49,374 nucleotides of DNA from Trichomonas gallinae (lineage: Eukaryota). Where the stretch lies: assembly GCA_008369845.1 (NCBI GenBank), contig MRSU01011236.1, positions 1 to 49,374 of the forward strand. Reading direction: 5' to 3'. The translations under genes and the position numbers were made by a program. Under the pieces are notes generated by a model that saw only the letters and a list, made by a program, of their open reading frames with translations, made no database searches and was not told the origin of the DNA. This document shows positions 40,135 through 49,374 of the stretch, piece by piece. Numbering within the stretch: position 1 is the stretch's first letter; every line of letters begins with the position of its first letter.

Positions 40135-41283
40135 ATGAATAAATATTCTCAGTTAAGAGAAATTCTTAGGAAAAACTTTGCAGCAAATAGATTCGATGAG
40201 TTATATAGAGTATTACCTTCACGAAGTTTTGCTCCAGAACAATGGGATGAACAAATTCATTTTTGGACAAGCATTCTCGTTAAATGGATGCATTCAGAAT
40301 ATTCTCATCCCATAGAAACTACAGTAGGAGATATAATTTCGTCACTTGAAGTCGAATTTGAAGGAGATATTGCTTATCCTCCTCTTATCCCAACAATTCA
40401 AAATATGCTAAGGCTAAAACATTGTAAATTAGCCTCAGAATGCAAACAAATCTCGTTAATACAGAAATTATGGAAGTTTGCAGTTGCCCCAACAATTACT
40501 AACGAGACATCTATAGTTTTCACGTCAAACCTTAATGAAATGTGCGAATATGTTACTCATGAAATAGAGAAATCAGCAACAAATCTTTATGACTGCATTC
40601 TTTCAGAATCCGAATTTTTAGAAAAGCGAGGTGATGTTTCTCCAAATGTGTTTAAATGGGGTATGTTTGAAGGGAAATTCGTCGAAAAAATTGGAGACGC
40701 TTATTTCGTTCGCGTTCCAAGATATAAAAACGTTAAACCTGAATTGATTAAATCAATGTCTAAAACTAAGGATGCCATTGAAAGATGCGAGGAAGGAATC
40801 AAGTTATGCGAAGAAAAAATGGAGAAATATAAGAATCAAATTCAAGCTCTTGGTAGAAATGGCGATAAATCAAGGAAACTCAAATTGATGCAATACTATA
40901 AGCTATTCGAAAGTAAATGCGATAAACTTTATCCAATGCAGACAAATCTGATTCAATTACTTCATGCACAAGAGAGCACTGCATTAGAAACGAATCAGAT
41001 CGAAACTATTAAATCTCATAACGAATTTATGAAGACACAACAAACAGCAGACGAACTTGATAAAGTTATTTCAGATGTCCAAGACTTGCTTCTAGATGAA
41101 CATTCTGTTGGAGCAGCTCTTGCAGCACCTGTAGGCGAAACAATCGATGATGCTTCATTAGAAGCTGAACTCGAAAGTTTGCTTGGAGTTTCTAAGCCAA
41201 AGAAAGCTTCCCAGCCACAGAATGCCGAAAAAACAAAAGTCAAAGCACTTAATAGAACTCCAATTCTAACCGTTATTAATTGA
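40135..41283 (+). CDS. CHMP7/Chm7-like ESCRT-II/III hybrid protein
   Basis: N-terminal RFDELY...EQWDEQIHFWTSIL matches the CHMP7 winged-helix start. C-terminal Snf7 coiled coil ends DDASLEAELESL. Confidence 0.75.
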   Translation: MNKYSQLREILRKNFAANRFDELYRVLPSRSFAPEQWDEQIHFWTSILVKWMHSEYSHPIETTVGDIISSLEVEFEGDIAYPPLIPTIQNMLRLKHCKLASECKQISLIQKLWKFAVAPTITNETSIVFTSNLNEMCEYVTHEIEKSATNLYDCILSESEFLEKRGDVSPNVFKWGMFEGKFVEKIGDAYFVRVPRYKNVKPELIKSMSKTKDAIERCEEGIKLCEEKMEKYKNQIQALGRNGDKSRKLKLMQYYKLFESKCDKLYPMQTNLIQLLHAQESTALETNQIETIKSHNEFMKTQQTADELDKVISDVQDLLLDEHSVGAALAAPVGETIDDASLEAELESLLGVSKPKKASQPQNAEKTKVKALNRTPILTVIN

Positions 41284-41861
41284 TTTGATTATCTTATATT
41301 TATTTTAATATTATTTTGTTTAATAAACATTTATGAATCGTATACAACGTTCTTGTATATCATCAATGCTGTATTAAAAATGAAAGTGGGGAATTTCCTC
41401 CACCATATCAAATAAACTCGAAACCATGCCCGTTGGATACATATGGCATAAAGGAACATGGTTTCTAACGGTGACTTTCATCTCCGTACGTTTGTTTTGG
41501 AGATAATTTGATTTAATGAATAAATATAATCTTTATACGAATGCATGAATATCTGCACATCCTACAGACTGCATATACAGACTAGTTTTCGTCAATGTCT
41601 TCGAGAAACTTGAATTTACTCGAAGACATCGATGGGAGTATTTTTACACATTTCCTAGTTGTTACAACCATTAGTCTCAATATAGAAACTAGAATAAAGG
41701 CATCATCTACATTATATAGATTTAAAATTTGAATAAATCATGATAATATTTAAGTAAAACTGAGAATAATTGTTATAATTTAGATCTAATTGAGCATGTT
41801 AAAATGACTATTTATTCAAATAATAAATAACTTTAAATACAATTTTATGTGAAACAAAAAA

Positions 41862-42983
41862 TTAGTTTTTCTGGTATGTAGCTTCGTTAGTCTTGAATGT
41901 TGCATGGCACTTATCCAGAATCTTCCTGAAAACTTCGCCTGTAATATACGCAATTCTCACTTGTGTTGCGGATTCAACTGTTGCGGCACGAGCGACGTTA
42001 TAAATAAGTGCGCGTTCACCGAAATACTTTCCTGGGCCAAGCTCATTGACCTTCTTTCCATCAATGATGACATTAACTGTTCCTGCTAAAATTACGTAGA
42101 ATTTATTTCCAATTTCGTTCTGTTTGATAATTGTTGTTCCTGGTGGATGCTCTTCGAGTATGGCGGCCTCTGCAACAAGAATAGCTTGGTAATCTGGCAA
42201 TTGGCTGAAAATTGGAACATCTGAAATAATTTCTTTGCATTTTTGACGACGTTGATAATGAATGTCTTTAAGCAAGTAGAGATAAGTAGTCTGATCGATT
42301 GCCCAACAAGAGACGTCTCCTTGAGCAATAACTGTTGCTGCTCTCGTTCTTCCGCTCATTAATGCCAATTCTCCGAAATAATTGCCTTCATTGATAGTAG
42401 CTACCTTTACTTCTGGGTCATCACCCATTTTCTTCCATACATCGACAGTTCCACTCTGAATAATATAAAAATTATCTGGTTTATCGCCTTGTTTTATGAT
42501 TACATCGCCATTTTTGTATTCTACACTGAACATTGCATTAATGAGAGCATCAAGTTGGTCACTTTTAAGGTAAGATAAAAATGAAACTTTTTTGCAAATC
42601 TGTTCTATTGATGAATATTGTTCAGGAGTCTTCGGGTGTTGAGGTATTTCCATCGTTGTTGCTGAAATAGAGCGCGAAGAGAAAGCTTTTCTTCTCTCAT
42701 CGCGATTTTTCAGAATTGCAGCAGTGGAAACAGCGGAAATCCTTCGCGTTGGCGCCGCATTTTGTATTCTCTGTGAATTTATATTCGAAAATGTTTGTCC
42801 TTGTTGATTATTATGCTTCGAAGGGAAAGGAATTACGGTTTGTTGCCACATCTCGCTTATATATTTGCGCACGTCCATGGGCCTGTTTTGTAGGAGAGAG
42901 ACAACGATTTCCTGAAGAATCCCTTCGACATTGTGCTGCTTCAAATATTCCTCGCCTGAAATCTCATTCGGCGAAGAATTCAT
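41862..42983 (-). CDS. cAMP-dependent protein kinase regulatory subunit
   Basis: D/D domain (EEYLKQHNVEGILQEIVVSLLQNRPMD), basic inhibitor-site linker, and two cNMP domains with FGELAL...RAATV and FGERAL...RAATV. Confidence 0.93.
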   Translation of the reverse strand: MNSSPNEISGEEYLKQHNVEGILQEIVVSLLQNRPMDVRKYISEMWQQTVIPFPSKHNNQQGQTFSNINSQRIQNAAPTRRISAVSTAAILKNRDERRKAFSSRSISATTMEIPQHPKTPEQYSSIEQICKKVSFLSYLKSDQLDALINAMFSVEYKNGDVIIKQGDKPDNFYIIQSGTVDVWKKMGDDPEVKVATINEGNYFGELALMSGRTRAATVIAQGDVSCWAIDQTTYLYLLKDIHYQRRQKCKEIISDVPIFSQLPDYQAILVAEAAILEEHPPGTTIIKQNEIGNKFYVILAGTVNVIIDGKKVNELGPGKYFGERALIYNVARAATVESATQVRIAYITGEVFRKILDKCHATFKTNEATYQKN

Positions 42984-43592
42984 TTTATTTTTTTTTACGA
43001 TTTTACAAAATCTGTCACTTTTAATTTAATAACCTTATTTGAATTTTTATCATCATTTTTGTTTTTTCTCAATCTGATATACTTTATTGGAGTTTGAAAC
43101 TTTTGTATATATATAAATGCTCTATATACATATATTTACATGCAAAATATTTAGTGTTTCGTCTTTGGTATATCGGTGCATGCAAAATAGATAAATCTCT
43201 TTATATTCGAGGTCAATATATCACTAATTGATACCAAATGATAGACCTATTGATGATGTTTTTATATCTAGGCTATTATAATTCAAACTCTTTTGCTTAG
43301 TTGCAAAAACAAAATGAACAAATTATCATCTAAAATATTTGAAAACAAAAAGTGACAAGCATGCTTTACGTGTCAAATCTGAAATATCGTGACGATTTTG
43401 GGCACAGAACAAACCTAATATCAACACTGTATATGTATAGGCATCTCAAAGAAACTTATACATGTGCTTGACTTCTATCTAATATAGGAGGATACCTTTA
43501 AATAAGCCACTCAAAAAAAATTTATGTCAGGAGAATTTTTGACAAATAAATTAAAATTTTTGATCTTACAAATCAAAAATTTTATAAAAATA

Positions 43593-45506
43593 ATGAGTGG
43601 AGAAGTTGAAATAACATCTCCAGAAGATTTTATCCCAAAACTTCAAAAACTGGCAACCTCTGCGTCAGTTATCGCATCCCATATTGGTTTGAACAATATT
43701 CCTAAAGCATGGATGTTATTTCAACAAATTACAAGCCTTGACTTGTCTTCTAATCCAGTCGATTCAGTTAATATACTATGGGATTGTGGACCTGTCAATC
43801 TTCACAAATTAAACCTCTCTGCATGCTGGCTTACTCAACTTCCATACGGGCCACCTGCATTCTTCAATACTTTATCGGAATTTTACCTGGATGGTAATTT
43901 TCTTTCAAGAGATCCACCGAATTTTTCAGTATTCCCTCATTTGAAGAAACTTTCAATTATTGGAAATGATTTTTCAGAGATTCCTATCTTACCGCGCTCA
44001 CTAGAGGTATTGATATATCGAATGAATAGCTTTTCAGCAATCCCAGACTGCGGAATTACAACACTCGATGCTTCATATTGCAATACACCAAACAACATTA
44101 AAGTCTTTGCTAAGCAACTCTCATATTTGGATTTATCTCACGGTACATTGGCGGGCGACATTACTTTACCGTCAATACCGCTTTTATCGCAAATTAATCT
44201 TTCTCACAACTCAATTACATCAATAAACTTTGAAGGCTCGCGCAGATTAACAGAAGTAGACCTATCCTATAACGGACTTGAATCCATTCCGGAAATTTTA
44301 TATAATCTTCCAATGCTCAGAATCTTAAAACTGCAGCACAATGTTATTTCAGAAATAGATCAAAAGACATCAACACTGAGAAGATTAGAGTACCTAGATA
44401 TATCTCATAACTCAATATTCACAGGAAAAATTAGTCTTCCCGACAGATTAAAAGACTTCATGGCATCATTCAACATATTCTTAGCTTTCTCATCATTCCC
44501 ATTATCTCTTGAGACTTTTGACGCTTCATTTTGCAAATGCTTAGTAATTCCTTCATCAATCCACAAAATGAAGTCATTGTCGCTCTTTTTCGTAAACAAA
44601 ATCTACTTCTCGCAGCCAATGCTTTCGATTAAATTCACTTCTGGCCAAGAAATTCCAGATGGTGCCAAAAGCGAAGGAGAGAGGCTCATCCCCATTACCA
44701 GTCCTCCTTTCCCTGAGCAGCCGCTTCTCAATGATAGCCTGGGAAACGGAATCGGCTGCAGCGCAACACTTGGTCGATCGACAAAATTCGAGGATAACTT
44801 CATGTGCTTGAAACATGGAAACGCTCTGTTCGTCGGTGTTTTCGATGGACACGCCGGACACGAAAGCGCGTTAATATCTGCTGAGTGCTTCACGAAAATT
44901 TTGCCAAAGTTTGACTTTGAACAGTTTGCAACATCAAAGTTTAATCCAAAAACTGTCAAAAATTTCCTGCGAAAATCTTTTGCCGAAGTCAATGACGAGT
45001 TGAGGAATAGGAAAGTCAAGGATGGCACAACGGCTGTTGTCGTATGCCTGCATAATAATCATGGCGCTGTTGCTCACGTTGGCGATAGTTTGGCGCTTTT
45101 AGTCGGCCACAAAAACTCTAAGTTGTTGACGAAGATGCACAGACCTACAGACAAAGACGAATTCTCCAACTTGAGAAAGAAGAACATGTTCGTGAGCTCT
45201 GACTGGCGTGTTGACGGCAAGCTCTCAGTTTCACGGAGTTTGGGAGACTTCTGGTGCTGCGGAGGTATGTATGATGACGCCGACGTCGCTTTCTTCGATT
45301 TGGACGAAGACTCCCTTTCTTTAGTATTGGGATGCGATGGACTATGGGACTACGTAGATGAAGGAACAGTTTGCAGCGTAGTGAGGGAATTAAGAGATCC
45401 TGTCAAAGCTGCAAAACTGCTCCAAGACATTGCATTCGCTTCTGGCTCTCACGACTCAATCTCTGTTATAGTTGTCAATGTTGACAACACAACTGTTTGT
45501 AATTAA
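43593..45506 (+). CDS. Leucine-rich-repeat PP2C (PPM) phosphatase
   Basis: Multiple LxxLDLSxN repeats, then FEDNF, GVFDGHAG, DGTTA, AHVGDS, SRSLGDF, GCDGLWD, GSHDSIS. Likely start is the second MSGE at 43593 (ORF open from 43524). Confidence 0.92.
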   Translation: MSGEVEITSPEDFIPKLQKLATSASVIASHIGLNNIPKAWMLFQQITSLDLSSNPVDSVNILWDCGPVNLHKLNLSACWLTQLPYGPPAFFNTLSEFYLDGNFLSRDPPNFSVFPHLKKLSIIGNDFSEIPILPRSLEVLIYRMNSFSAIPDCGITTLDASYCNTPNNIKVFAKQLSYLDLSHGTLAGDITLPSIPLLSQINLSHNSITSINFEGSRRLTEVDLSYNGLESIPEILYNLPMLRILKLQHNVISEIDQKTSTLRRLEYLDISHNSIFTGKISLPDRLKDFMASFNIFLAFSSFPLSLETFDASFCKCLVIPSSIHKMKSLSLFFVNKIYFSQPMLSIKFTSGQEIPDGAKSEGERLIPITSPPFPEQPLLNDSLGNGIGCSATLGRSTKFEDNFMCLKHGNALFVGVFDGHAGHESALISAECFTKILPKFDFEQFATSKFNPKTVKNFLRKSFAEVNDELRNRKVKDGTTAVVVCLHNNHGAVAHVGDSLALLVGHKNSKLLTKMHRPTDKDEFSNLRKKNMFVSSDWRVDGKLSVSRSLGDFWCCGGMYDDADVAFFDLDEDSLSLVLGCDGLWDYVDEGTVCSVVRELRDPVKAAKLLQDIAFASGSHDSISVIVVNVDNTTVCN

Positions 45507-45659
45507 TAAATATATTAGCTCTTTATGGATTAATCGGGTGCTGCAATTATAAGTGTCAAGATCTCTATTTTGAATGAAACTTATAGAATTTTTCTATGAG
45601 TTATCACAAAAAAATATTGCAAAAAAATAAATTTTTTGTTTGATAAACTAAGGAATTAT

Positions 45660-46681
45660 TCAGTGAATGATTGGAAGAATAGTGGAAATAGCTGCGAGAA
45701 AGCTCCGTCTTGAAGTTTTGCATATGCACGTACGAAAAAATCCTGGATTTTCATCAAAAATATAAACATTTTTGTTTTGGCAATTTTCAAACGATAAATG
45801 AATCAAAATCATTTCATATTTTGAAACTGTGCTAATTTCATATATCCCATTATATGAACATAATTTTGTATAGTTATTACTAGTATCACAATGTATTGAT
45901 ATTCCAACGATCTTCGAGTTACTCCAATAATTTCTAAAGATACATGGACAAACATTTCTACTAAAAATCGCGTGATCAATTGTCAATGCAGCTCTTGTTG
46001 AGTCGCTATTCAAGTCAATAAGTCCATATGAGTCTATTCTATTGTCAGTGTAAGTGCAATAACTCATCTTATGATTGTTTGCATGAAGAGCGGAAATTTC
46101 ACCATATCCCGTCGCAGTATTGTTGATAATAGAACTGTAATTAATGGATGCTACTATATTTGGTGATTCATTGTATAATGAAAATCCTGCATTTTGAAAG
46201 GCATTATTTGAAGAGATGTTCAAATTAATTATTGAAATTTCGCCATTATAAATAAAAAATGGTCCACTAAAACATTCTGATTGTGATATTGAAGAGTCAA
46301 TTATATAATTATGATTATTATCTACTGATTTATATATTTCACATAAAGGGCCAGAACCTGTACCAACATCTATGTCGTAGCTGCATATTCTAAATTCAAC
46401 AAATGACCCTTTTGAGTTAACTTCAGAGGTTCTAATGCATCCTTTATAAGTAGTTTTGATATTTTTAAATATGCAATTTGAAACAAGTGATTTGATGCTT
46501 TCTTCAGTGCTATATTCAATAACACCATCTTTATGGTCTGAAAATGTGACATAATCAGCAAAAAATGAACCAGAATTAACTTGATAAGTTTTATTGGTAC
46601 CTGAAACATCTGGGATAGGACTGTTCTGATAGAACTGATTCCAAAGAGCTGAATTAACGTTATGAATATGAAGCAAATCAT
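45660..46681 (-). pseudogene. Frameshifted secreted Asn/Ser/Cys-rich (beta-helix-like) hypothetical family member
   Basis: The long ORF (45660-46676) has no 5' ATG. The ATG at 46681 encodes signal-like MICFIFIT in another frame; adding one base joins it to VNSALWNQFY. Could be a sequencing error. Confidence 0.6.
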
Positions 46682-47042
46682 ATGATGTCTAAGGATATCC
46701 AATTTCCATTTAAAAAAATGAAATATTTTAGGTATTTGGCAGTGAAAATAATGAAATATTTCAACAGTGATATTGATTATCAATAAAAAATTGATATAAT
46801 AGTATGATTTGTTTACATGACAAAAAAATCATAAATTTGTCATGTAAACCATATTAGGAAAAATTGCAAATTGAAAGTTTATTATAATCATTTGCTTTGT
46901 TACTATAATAGCAATAATTTCGGTGGCTTTAGGATGAAATTAATCGTTATTACGAATATGGTTATAATTTATATGAATTGCACACAACGATTATTTTTGT
47001 CACGTAAAGTTAATGTAAACTCATTTTTATTTTTTTATATAT

Positions 47043-48902
47043 ATGAGATCACTACAAAAACTGAGGTATTTTCTTGTGCATTCTCTGCCTCATGTTCTTG
47101 TAGTGATTTCCATGCTAATAAACACGCGGAATGGCAAATACTTTACTAGAATTTCGATTCAATTTTTGGCCGCATTCATTTTCAATCTCACTACAGCAAG
47201 AATATGGCCAAGGCTGAACATATACTCTGGTAATGGATCAAAAGAGCCAGGAAATTCAGTATCTACAAAAATAACGATATTTCCGAAAAAACTGAGGACA
47301 AACATTCGATTATTTTTCGCAAGTATATTATTCTTCGGTCATATACTACTATTCAACTACGGAAAATCATCAAATAGCATTGCAAATGGAATTGTATTTA
47401 TTTTTATTCGTATTTTCGCAACTTTTACATCAGGAGGATTCAATTTTAGTGGAAAAATTATCGATATCGCCTCATCATCCATCATGTTGCTTTCTATTAT
47501 GATAACTGCTTATTCAGCGAACTTGAATATCATCTACATCACAGGCTCAATCGTTTGCCAGCTACTTGGACTTACATATTTCAAGATGATTATACCAGCA
47601 TTCCAGCACGTTTCTCGAGCTGCGATCACAACATCGTTATTTTCATTTGTTTTATCATCTATATGTGCAGTTTTGATCGAAGGAATCGATTTGAATACGC
47701 AATGCATCGTTTCTATGCTTATTGGAATAATGCTTTGGAATCCTTTGTCTCTTTCAAGTATGACTAGGAAAAACATTGAAAAGAAGCTGTATTTACTCAA
47801 CTACAGACTAATTATCCCTATAGCATTTACCTTAATCCTTCATGTATTCTTTAGAAATTATTCAATTCCAATTTCTTCATTATTTTCAACAGCAATCATA
47901 TATTGTATTTGCTACAGTGCATCAATTAACTTCAGTGACTACTTCACATCTCATCCTTTCATGAATTCGAAATCAACTTTATTTTTTGTTATCTCAATTT
48001 TTAATCTTCTTGCTATTTTGATTCAATGCCTAACATATTCGCACACCAAGTCTCTATATGCTGCATCAGACTGCTTGTTTTTCCTCATTTGTTTGAAGTG
48101 GACATTGAATGAAATTTGGAAAACATTATCTAGAAAACCCACACACGAATTTCCATATGGAATGGGAAGAATATCTCACATATTTTCATTCTCATTATCA
48201 ATAATTGTCTTCTTTTTCAGTTTTAATATATTTAGATTGATATTTTTCACGAAAGTTGCTTTTATCCCAAGAAGCTTCATTTCTACGATCATTCCTTTGT
48301 TGCATCATATAGTTAACTTCAGCATTTTCATGCTTTACCCTAGAAAAGGTTCATCAAGCTTGAAATCAATTGCAAATGCTATTAATTTCAATGCATGCAA
48401 AGATCAGCAGCAGACAGAGATGAACAGAGTAGATGCTGTCGATCTCATATGCCTTATTTGTTCAGTTTTAGGCACATTATTATATAATAGAAATTTTGAC
48501 CGAGTAACATCATTCATTATGACTGTTACAACGCTCAAAATTGCATTTGACGCCATATGTGAGTCTGCATATGTTTTAGTCTGCGCAGTGCCGCCAAAAA
48601 TGGTTGAAAACTTGTTCGAGTTCAAACAAGAGGTAGAATCTCTTGGATTCGTGACTGCAGAGCCTAAAATCAATGCCTGGCAGAACGATGACGTCCTTTC
48701 CATTGGATCTGCAAAGATAGACATACAGAAGGACTCTGTAGCCAACACGCAGCAATTTTTACTTTTCATTATTTCGAAATTCCAAAAAATTGGCGTTTTA
48801 GATGTCACTGTTGAGTTAGGAAATAGAGAAGAACCTAAACTACCTGAATACGGAAAAGATCCGATTTCATCAGGTAGAATTCCTTCATTTGTTCAAATTT
48901 AA
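47043..48902 (+). CDS. Cation diffusion facilitator, ZnT5/Msc2-like with extra N-terminal TM block
   Basis: Many TM helices; CDF signature RKPTHEFPYGMGRI; C-terminal domain pattern AWQND...IGSAKI...GVLDVTVEL. Confidence 0.75.
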   Translation: MRSLQKLRYFLVHSLPHVLVVISMLINTRNGKYFTRISIQFLAAFIFNLTTARIWPRLNIYSGNGSKEPGNSVSTKITIFPKKLRTNIRLFFASILFFGHILLFNYGKSSNSIANGIVFIFIRIFATFTSGGFNFSGKIIDIASSSIMLLSIMITAYSANLNIIYITGSIVCQLLGLTYFKMIIPAFQHVSRAAITTSLFSFVLSSICAVLIEGIDLNTQCIVSMLIGIMLWNPLSLSSMTRKNIEKKLYLLNYRLIIPIAFTLILHVFFRNYSIPISSLFSTAIIYCICYSASINFSDYFTSHPFMNSKSTLFFVISIFNLLAILIQCLTYSHTKSLYAASDCLFFLICLKWTLNEIWKTLSRKPTHEFPYGMGRISHIFSFSLSIIVFFFSFNIFRLIFFTKVAFIPRSFISTIIPLLHHIVNFSIFMLYPRKGSSSLKSIANAINFNACKDQQQTEMNRVDAVDLICLICSVLGTLLYNRNFDRVTSFIMTVTTLKIAFDAICESAYVLVCAVPPKMVENLFEFKQEVESLGFVTAEPKINAWQNDDVLSIGSAKIDIQKDSVANTQQFLLFIISKFQKIGVLDVTVELGNREEPKLPEYGKDPISSGRIPSFVQI

Positions 48903-48964
48903 TTATATGTTTTGTTTGTTATATTATTTCATATGTAATATAAAGAATTCACCCCATAACTCAG

Positions 48965-49028
48965 TTTAGTCTTTGTATTCGTAAGCTGATTGTCCTGAGG
49001 TGGCGCCTACCTAAGGGACGAAACTTGA
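48965..49028 (+). ncRNA. Type III hammerhead-ribozyme-like fold with non-canonical core (possibly decayed)
   Basis: In order: AGUC, stem I (UUUGU/GUAAG), CUGAU-U, stem II (GUCCU/GGGAC plus AGGUGG/CUACCU), GAAA, CU. The core reads CUGAUU instead of CUGAUGA. Confidence 0.45.
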
Positions 49029-49374
49029 TCAATATAATCTGTATTAGTTATATAAGCTGTATAGTATAGATATATCTTAGTATGACTTAGTGGATATGTT
49101 GAAGTTGCAGTGGAGCAAGTATTGTAAACTATCATAGTTAATTGTTTTCTTCATATCACCTTAAGTTCCCTACAGATCTAAAAGGGATCATGATATTGCT
49201 TATTCGTAATAAAACTAATATTTTAGAAAAAAATAAAATTTCTGAAGACAAAGGTGTTCCGACTCTCATTTCTCTAGCGATTTGGACGAAATTAATAATA
49301 TAGATTATACTACTGATATGTATGTAAATGCTAGAATATCTAAGCAAATAGAAACCGGGATTTTGAGATATGAA

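Noticed and set aside
5614..41283. Apparent clustering of nuclear-envelope and trafficking genes (Nup53-like, importin-like, CHMP7-like, NBAS-like, ARL2)
   Set aside because: They are interspersed with unrelated genes on both strands and belong to common categories; no evidence of a functional cluster.
41420..41471. HDV-like ribozyme or RNase MRP reading of the pseudoknot-like pairing
   Set aside because: No P1.1/P4/J4-2 elements for HDV, and no matching CR-V partner for the GAAAGTCACC seen on the minus strand.
2954..48808. Numerous short antisense or nested ORFs in the ORF track
   Set aside because: They overlap well-supported genes, often start at TTG/GTG, and look like shadow frames with no motifs.
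1..49374. Spliceosomal introns, tRNA or rRNA genes
   Set aside because: No trichomonad ACTAACACACAG-type 3' intron motif, cloverleaf or rRNA signature was spotted by eye; tRNAscan/Rfam would be needed to exclude them fully.

Overview
AT-rich, gene-dense, apparently intron-free eukaryotic DNA. It is most consistent with a trichomonad, Trichomonas vaginalis or a close relative; this is inferred from long uninterrupted ORFs, TCA(T/C)T initiators just before ATGs, AAAAGTGAC upstream motifs and the gene families present. About 18 intact protein genes are present: MON2-like, Nup53/Nup35-like, a BET-like protein with a prion-like middle, ARL2, NBAS/Sec39-like, an apparently inactive USP, BTB+discoidin, importin-beta-like, a type-I surface protein, aldo-keto reductase, SHIPPO/PGP-repeat protein, NVL/Rix7 AAA ATPase, CHMP7-like, PKA regulatory subunit, LRR-PP2C, a CDF/ZnT-like transporter and two unknowns. 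Two further secreted-protein genes are disrupted. The most notable features are non-coding: (i) a type III hammerhead-ribozyme-like fold with a deviant core at 48965-49028; (ii) two inverted copies of a hairpin-rich element around the SHIPPO gene, with one hairpin loop flipped between copies; (iii) two inverted TTAA-flanked Kolobok-like MITEs bracketing 6.3 kb; (iv) several arrayed or palindromic promoter motifs. All assignments come from reading motifs by eye; no searches were run.
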